In this document: one piece after another, positions 58,440 through 64,000 of the stretch
Numbering within the stretch: the first letter of the stretch is position 1
Layout of the letters: every line of letters begins with the position of its first letter
Origin: Tagaea sp.
GTDB lineage: Bacteria; Pseudomonadota; Alphaproteobacteria; CACIAM-22H2
DNA: 64,000 bases
Assembly (NCBI GenBank): GCA_965279525.1
Contig: CBDIIB010000005.1
Location: 864,001-928,000 of the forward strand
Direction: 5' to 3'
Notes under the pieces: generated by a model
The model's database searches: none
What the model saw: the letters and a program-made list of their open reading frames with translations, nothing else
What the model was told of the DNA's origin: nothing
Program-made: the position numbers and the translations under genes

Positions 58440-59648
58440 CTAGAGAACCTGCGCGATGCGCGCGAGCGCACGATCGACCGTGTCGAGATCGTGCACCAAC
58501 GCGATGCGGATGAAGGGTTTGCCGGTGTTGCTGCCGTCCGGCTCGTTCTTGGTGAGATAGCCGCCGGGCAGAACCTTGATGCCCGTCTCCTCCCACAGTT
58601 TCCTGGTCGCGGCCTCGCCGTCGCCGACTTCGATCCACAAGAACATGCCGCCGGCCGGGCTGTAGAAACCGGGATATCCGGCAAGATGGCGCCGGGCGGA
58701 CTCGAACTTCGCCTTGTAGAGCGCGCGGTTCTCGATCGCATGCGCCTCGTCGCGCCACAGGGCGGCCGAGGCGAGCTGGACCGGATAGGGCGTGGCGGCG
58801 CACGAATAGCTGCGCAGGCGGTTGAGTGCCGTGATCGTCGCGGGCGAGCCCACGCCGAAGCCCGAGCGCATGCCGGCCGCCGAGCTGCGCTTGGAAAGCG
58901 TGTGGAAGCACACGACGTTGTCGAGCGGATGGCCCGAGGGCCCGCGCCCCATCGCGTGCGCGACCTCGACGCCGCCCGTGGGCGGCGCATCGCCGTAATA
59001 GAGCTCGGCGTAGCACTCGTCGAGGATGAGCAGGAAATCGTGCTCGCGCGCCAGCCCGATCGCCTTTTCAAGATAGGCGCCGGTGGCGATGGCACCTTGC
59101 GGGTTGCCCGGCGAGCACAGATAGAAGATGGCCGTGCGCGCCAGCGTGTCGGCCGGGATCGCGTCGAGATCGGGAAGGAACCCGGTCTCGCGCGTCGTGG
59201 TGAGGAACACCGGTTCGGCGCCCGCCATTACGGCTGCACCGTAATAGACCTGGTAGAACGGATTGGGCATCAGGGCGATCGGCGTCTTGCCGTTCTTGGC
59301 GCGGCTCACGGCCAGCAGGGCGGCGATGAACAGGCCTTCGCGCGTGCCCGCGACGGGTGCGATCTGGGTCTCGAAATCGATCGTGCCGCCGGCGAGCTTG
59401 TAGCGCCGCTCAAGCCAGCCCACGATCGCCTGGCGGTACTCGGCGATGCCCTGCAAGGGGGGGTAGGTATTCCACTTGTCGGCGTTGGCCGCGACGATCG
59501 CGGCGGCAAAGGCCGGCGGCTGGTGCTGGGGGTCCCCGACCGACATGGCGAGCGGGACAGCGTTGCTGCGCGGGGTTACCCCTGCGATCAAATTCGCAAG
59601 TCGAGCAAAGGGATAGTCGGCAAGCAGGTCGAGTCGTTCGTTGAGCAT
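58440..59648 (-). CDS. Class I/II aminotransferase (DapC-like)
   Basis: YPFARL, GTREGLF, PNPFYQVY, CSPGNPQG, DECYAE, LSKRS..GMRSG. Confidence 0.9.
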   Translation of the reverse strand: MLNERLDLLADYPFARLANLIAGVTPRSNAVPLAMSVGDPQHQPPAFAAAIVAANADKWNTYPPLQGIAEYRQAIVGWLERRYKLAGGTIDFETQIAPVAGTREGLFIAALLAVSRAKNGKTPIALMPNPFYQVYYGAAVMAGAEPVFLTTTRETGFLPDLDAIPADTLARTAIFYLCSPGNPQGAIATGAYLEKAIGLAREHDFLLILDECYAELYYGDAPPTGGVEVAHAMGRGPSGHPLDNVVCFHTLSKRSSAAGMRSGFGVGSPATITALNRLRSYSCAATPYPVQLASAALWRDEAHAIENRALYKAKFESARRHLAGYPGFYSPAGGMFLWIEVGDGEAATRKLWEETGIKVLPGGYLTKNEPDGSNTGKPFIRIALVHDLDTVDRALARIAQVL

Positions 59649-59848
59649 GTCCGCCGTGGTCCGGGCCTATGAACACAAGATTTTGCGCGTCGAACCCTTG
59701 CCCATCCGCCGGGGGCGAACAGGTACAAAGGTGAAACAACCATAACCCGGCAACTCTTAAAGTACAAGTTTAAGAGCCGTAGGAGACACCGAGTCTAGGG
59801 GGTCGAGCGGATGTTCCCTACGAAATACCCGAGTCGCCCCGAGTCGCG

Positions 59849-59863
59849 GAACGCGCCCGGAAC
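59849..59863. promoter_or_regulatory. Candidate alphaproteobacterial LexA box GAAC-N7-GAAC
   Basis: GAACGCGCCCGGAAC in the divergent intergenic region. Confidence 0.4.
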
Positions 59864-60007
59864 AAAACGTGTTAACCCGCTGATCTACTGGGACTTTGGA
59901 CGCCGGATTGGCGCAACCCCCGAACCACTAGGGATTGGGGGCGATCCGATTGGCCTTTTGCCGCAATTCTGTGGGAAAAGGGCCGCTTAGGAGCCCGCAC
60001 GACACCG

Positions 60008-61795
60008 ATGATGATCCCCGTCCTGAGCGACCAGTCGACCCGCGGCCTCGTCACCCGCCTCATCCGCGACCATGTGCGCGCCCACTGGGGCCGCCTGGCG
60101 CTGGCGGCGGTCTGCATGGGCCTTGCGGCTGCGGCCACGGCCGCCAACGCGTGGCTGATGGAGCCGGTCCTCGACAAGGTCTTCGTCGAGCGCAACGTGA
60201 CGATGCTCTATTTGATCCCGATCGCGGTGATCGCCTCTGCCCTCGTCAAGGGTGGGGCCAGCTACGGGCAGGGCGTGCTGATGAGCCATATCGGCCAGCG
60301 CATCATCGCCGACCTGCAGGTGCGGCTGTTCGCGCTCGCCGTGCGCGCCGACCTTGCCTTCTTCAACGATTTCGCTTCCTCCAAGCTCTCGATCCGCCTG
60401 ACGCACGACGTGGGCCTGATGCGCCAGGCGATCACGCAGGCACTCGTCGGCATCTCGAAGGACGCGCTCACCGTCGTCTTCCTCGTTGCGCTGATGTTCT
60501 ACCAGGATTGGCAGATGGCGCTCGCGGCGTTCGTCGTTTTCCCGGTCGCGATCCTGCCGATCGTCAAGCTCGGCAAGCGCATGCGCAAGACGACGACCTC
60601 GATCCAGGACACGGTCGGCACGCTGATGACCATGCTCGACGAGGCGTTCCAGGGCATCCGGCACGTCAAGTCGTACCGCATGGAAGACGAGGAGACGGGC
60701 AAGGCGCGCCGCGCAGTCGAAGGCATCTTCGTCCTCTCGCAGAAGCAGGCGCGCACGCGCTCGGCGGCCTCGCCGATCATGGAGACGCTGGGCTCGTTCG
60801 CCATCGCGATCGTGATCTTCTATGGCGGTCTTCGCGTCGTCGAAGGGGCGACCACGCCGGGCACGTTCTTCTCGTTCGTCACGGCGCTGCTGCTCGCCTA
60901 CCAGCCGGTCAAAAGCCTCGCGAACCTCAATTCGACGCTGCAGGAAGGCCTGTCGGCCGCCGCGCGCGTGTTCGCGCTCGAGGACATGCAGCCTTCCATC
61001 GTCGACCGGCCGGGTGCCTTGACGCTGCCGTCGGTGCGCGGCGAGATCCGCTTCGAGAACGTCACGTTCGGCTACCGCCCCGAGCGGCGCGCGCTCGACG
61101 GCGTGGACCTGATCGTGCCGGCGGGCAAGACCGTGGCGCTTGTCGGTCCGTCGGGCGGCGGCAAGACGACGCTGCTCAATCTGCTGCCACGCTTCTACGA
61201 CGTGGACGGCGGGCGCGTGCGCGTCGACGGCCGCGACGTGCGCGAGGTGACGCTGGCCTCGCTGCGCGAGAACATCGCCCTGGTCACGCAGGAAACCGGC
61301 CTGTTCCACGACACGATCGCGATGAACATCGCCTACGGCAGGCCGGATGCGCCGCTGGCCGAGATCCGCGAGGCGGCACGCCTTGCCGGCGCGCTCGATT
61401 TCGTCGACGGGCTGCCCGACGGGTTCGACACGGTCGTGGGCGAGCGCGGCGTGAAGCTGTCGGGCGGCCAGCGCCAGCGCATCGCCATCGCGCGCGCCTT
61501 CCTGAAGGACGCGCCCATCCTGCTGCTCGACGAGGCGACAAGTGCCCTCGACAACGAATCCGAGCGCGTCGTGCAGGCGTCGCTCGCCACGCTGATGAAA
61601 GGCCGCACGACCGTGGTGGTCGCACACCGCCTGTCGACGGTGGTGGATGCCGACATCATCTACGTGATCGAGGGCGGGCGCATGGCCGAGAGCGGCACGC
61701 ATGGCGAGCTGCTGGCCAAGGGCGGCGTCTATGCCCGCCTGCATGCCCTGCAGTCGTCCGAACGGCCCGCCACCGACCAGCCCATCACCGAATAG
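60008..61795 (+). CDS. MsbA-like ABC exporter
   Basis: TMD plus intact NBD: GPSGGGKT, LSGGQRQR, LLLDEATSALD, AHRLST. Confidence 0.92.
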   Translation: MMIPVLSDQSTRGLVTRLIRDHVRAHWGRLALAAVCMGLAAAATAANAWLMEPVLDKVFVERNVTMLYLIPIAVIASALVKGGASYGQGVLMSHIGQRIIADLQVRLFALAVRADLAFFNDFASSKLSIRLTHDVGLMRQAITQALVGISKDALTVVFLVALMFYQDWQMALAAFVVFPVAILPIVKLGKRMRKTTTSIQDTVGTLMTMLDEAFQGIRHVKSYRMEDEETGKARRAVEGIFVLSQKQARTRSAASPIMETLGSFAIAIVIFYGGLRVVEGATTPGTFFSFVTALLLAYQPVKSLANLNSTLQEGLSAAARVFALEDMQPSIVDRPGALTLPSVRGEIRFENVTFGYRPERRALDGVDLIVPAGKTVALVGPSGGGKTTLLNLLPRFYDVDGGRVRVDGRDVREVTLASLRENIALVTQETGLFHDTIAMNIAYGRPDAPLAEIREAARLAGALDFVDGLPDGFDTVVGERGVKLSGGQRQRIAIARAFLKDAPILLLDEATSALDNESERVVQASLATLMKGRTTVVVAHRLSTVVDADIIYVIEGGRMAESGTHGELLAKGGVYARLHALQSSERPATDQPITE

Positions 61796-61811
61796 GTCTG
61801 CACGAAAGCAA

Positions 61812-61838
61812 ACGGGCCGGGGAAGATCCCCGGCCCGT
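61812..61838. terminator. Intrinsic terminator hairpin between convergent msbA-like and amtB genes
   Basis: ACGGGCCGGGGA-AGA-TCCCCGGCCCGT 12-bp stem; followed by TTGCTTT on the minus strand. Confidence 0.75.
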
Positions 61839-61867
61839 CGCCGTCCTGCCGCCGGAGCGGAAGGAAG

Positions 61868-63220
61868 TTACTGGACGCTTTCGCCGTGCAGCGAAAGGTC
61901 GAGGCCGTCGCGCTCGGCTTCGTCCGAGACGCGCAGGCCCACGATCAGGTCGACGATCTTGAGCAGGATGAACGACCCGATGCCCGAGAAGAGCAGCGTG
62001 GCGACAACCGCGTAGACCTGGATGAGGAACTGGCCGGGATTGCCTTCCAGCACGCCCTGCAGCCCGTCGGGAAGAGCCGCCGAGGACGACAGCGCGCCCA
62101 CCGCGAACACGCCCGTCAGCAGCGCGCCGACGATGCCGCCCACGCAGTGGACGCCGAACACGTCGAGCGAGTCGTCGTAGCCCAGCGCCTTCTTGAGGCT
62201 CGTCGAGGCCCAGAAGCACACGATGCCCGCGACGATGCCGATGACCAGCGAACCGCCGGGCATCACGAAGCCCGAGGCCGGCGTGATCGCGACAAGACCC
62301 GCGACCGCACCCGAAATGACGCCCAGGACCGACGGCTTGCCGCGCGTCGCCCACTCGGCGAACATCCAGCCCAGTGCTGCGGCAGCCGTGGCGATCTGCG
62401 TGACCGCCATCGCCATGCCCGCACGCCCGCCGGCCGCACCGGCCGAGCCTGCGTTGAAGCCGAACCAGCCGACCCACAGCAGGGAGGCGCCGATCACGGC
62501 AAGAACCAGGTTGTAGGGCGAGAAGTTCTCGGTGCCGTAGCCGCGGCGCTTGCCCAGCACGACGGCCGCGACCAGACCCGCGATGCCGGCGTTGATGTGC
62601 ACGACCGTGCCGCCCGCGAAGTCGAGAGCGCCAAGGCCGAAGAAGACGCCGTTGGGATGCCAGACCGCGTGCGCGACCGGCGAATAGATCAGGATCGTCC
62701 ACAGCCCGACGAACCACAGCATCGCCGAGAACTTCATGCGATCGGCGAACGCGCCGCAGATCAGCGCCGGCGTGATGATCGCGAAGGTCATCTGGAACAT
62801 CATGAACACGACCTCGGGGATCGTGAACGCGACGGCCGAGTCGCCCGTGCCCAGCGTGAAGGGATCGGCATAGCCCATGCCCGCGAGGAAGAAGCGCGAG
62901 AAGTCGCCGACGTAAGCGCCGCCTTCGCCGAAGGCGAGCGAGTAGCCCACGACCATCCACAGCACCGTCACCAGCGCCGTGATCGAGAAGGACTGCATCA
63001 TGGTGGCGAGAACGTTCTTCTTGCGCACCATGCCGGCGTAGAACAGCGCCAGGCCCGGGATCGTCATCAGGAGGACGAGGGCGGTCGAGGTGAGCATCCA
63101 TGCGGTGTCGCCGGTATCGATCTTCGGCGTCGCGTCTTGGGCGAACGCGGGGCCGACCAGCCCAACCGCTCCCACCAGCGCCAGCGCACCCAGGCGCGCG
63201 AGCTTTTCGAGTTTCGTCAT
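61868..63220 (-). CDS. amtB: Ammonium transporter
   Basis: GDTAWML, PGLALFYAG, FQMTFAIIT, DFAGGTVVH, GWFGFNAGS, DDSLDVFGVH. Confidence 0.97.
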   Translation of the reverse strand: MTKLEKLARLGALALVGAVGLVGPAFAQDATPKIDTGDTAWMLTSTALVLLMTIPGLALFYAGMVRKKNVLATMMQSFSITALVTVLWMVVGYSLAFGEGGAYVGDFSRFFLAGMGYADPFTLGTGDSAVAFTIPEVVFMMFQMTFAIITPALICGAFADRMKFSAMLWFVGLWTILIYSPVAHAVWHPNGVFFGLGALDFAGGTVVHINAGIAGLVAAVVLGKRRGYGTENFSPYNLVLAVIGASLLWVGWFGFNAGSAGAAGGRAGMAMAVTQIATAAAALGWMFAEWATRGKPSVLGVISGAVAGLVAITPASGFVMPGGSLVIGIVAGIVCFWASTSLKKALGYDDSLDVFGVHCVGGIVGALLTGVFAVGALSSSAALPDGLQGVLEGNPGQFLIQVYAVVATLLFSGIGSFILLKIVDLIVGLRVSDEAERDGLDLSLHGESVQ

Positions 63221-63307
63221 CTGTCGTCGTCTCCTGGCTGTCCCGGCGGGCACCGGGAAGGTTGCGCTCGGGGATGCGTCCCCCTCGCGAAGAATGGTCC
63301 TAGATAG

Positions 63308-63322
63308 TCAAGAATCGTGCCA
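63308..63322 (-). promoter_or_regulatory. Sigma54 -24/-12 promoter candidate for amtB
   Basis: TGGCAC-GATTC-TTGA (consensus TGGCAC-N5-TTGC). Confidence 0.65.
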
Positions 63323-63437
63323 TCGGAAGGCAGGCATGCTGCAATGCAATAGCCTTTGATTCCATTAAGCTTTCGAGGGTCGACACACCGCTCCGCTGAC
63401 GCACGTTCCTTGCTGTCCCGTTCGTTGGAACGAAACC

Positions 63438-63478
63438 TGCCTACGTTTTAGGCGGATAGGCTGTCTATTTTTAGGGCA
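63438..63478. promoter_or_regulatory. Tandem NtrC-like enhancer sites
   Basis: 17-bp imperfect dyads TGCCTACGTTTTAGGCG (63438) and TGTCTATTTTTAGGGCA (63462), about 115-155 bp upstream of the sigma54 site. Confidence 0.6.
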
Positions 63479-63486
63479 AACAGGCC

Positions 63487-63999
<513 letters not shown>

Positions 64000-64000
64000 C

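Noticed and set aside
59757-59773. CtrA box
   Set aside because: TTAA half-sites are 9 bp apart rather than 7

Overview
GC-rich alphaproteobacterial chromosomal segment, Rhodospirillales-like by gene content (inference). The first ~17 kb is a surface-glycan locus: three DegT aminotransferases, LegB-like and PtmA-like sugar enzymes, GNAT, AsnB amidotransferase, GT4, two SGNH hydrolases, an O-antigen-ligase-family protein and a flippase-like/ligase fusion. It has its own MarR-EPS + RfaH/NusG regulator pair, with three GTTCA-N5-TGAAC dyads and an ops-like site nearby. Next come purH, a DUF3018/MazF toxin-antitoxin pair, YegD-like Hsp70, a large NAD-glutamate dehydrogenase, tRNA-Gly and the cnoX-lonN-trm112-DUF971 operon. 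A B12-radical SAM/GT4 pair and a small islet with a GTTGACG repeat array precede an LPS GT-gmhA-hldE operon. The remainder holds a degenerate ABC exporter/cNMP-binding/glycosyltransferase module, xth, puuD, an eRF1-like protein, terC with a structured leader RNA, tctCBA, ftsK, a DapC-like aminotransferase, an MsbA-like exporter and glnK-amtB. I saw no CRISPR array, transposase or integrase. All family assignments are by eye from motifs; no searches were run.
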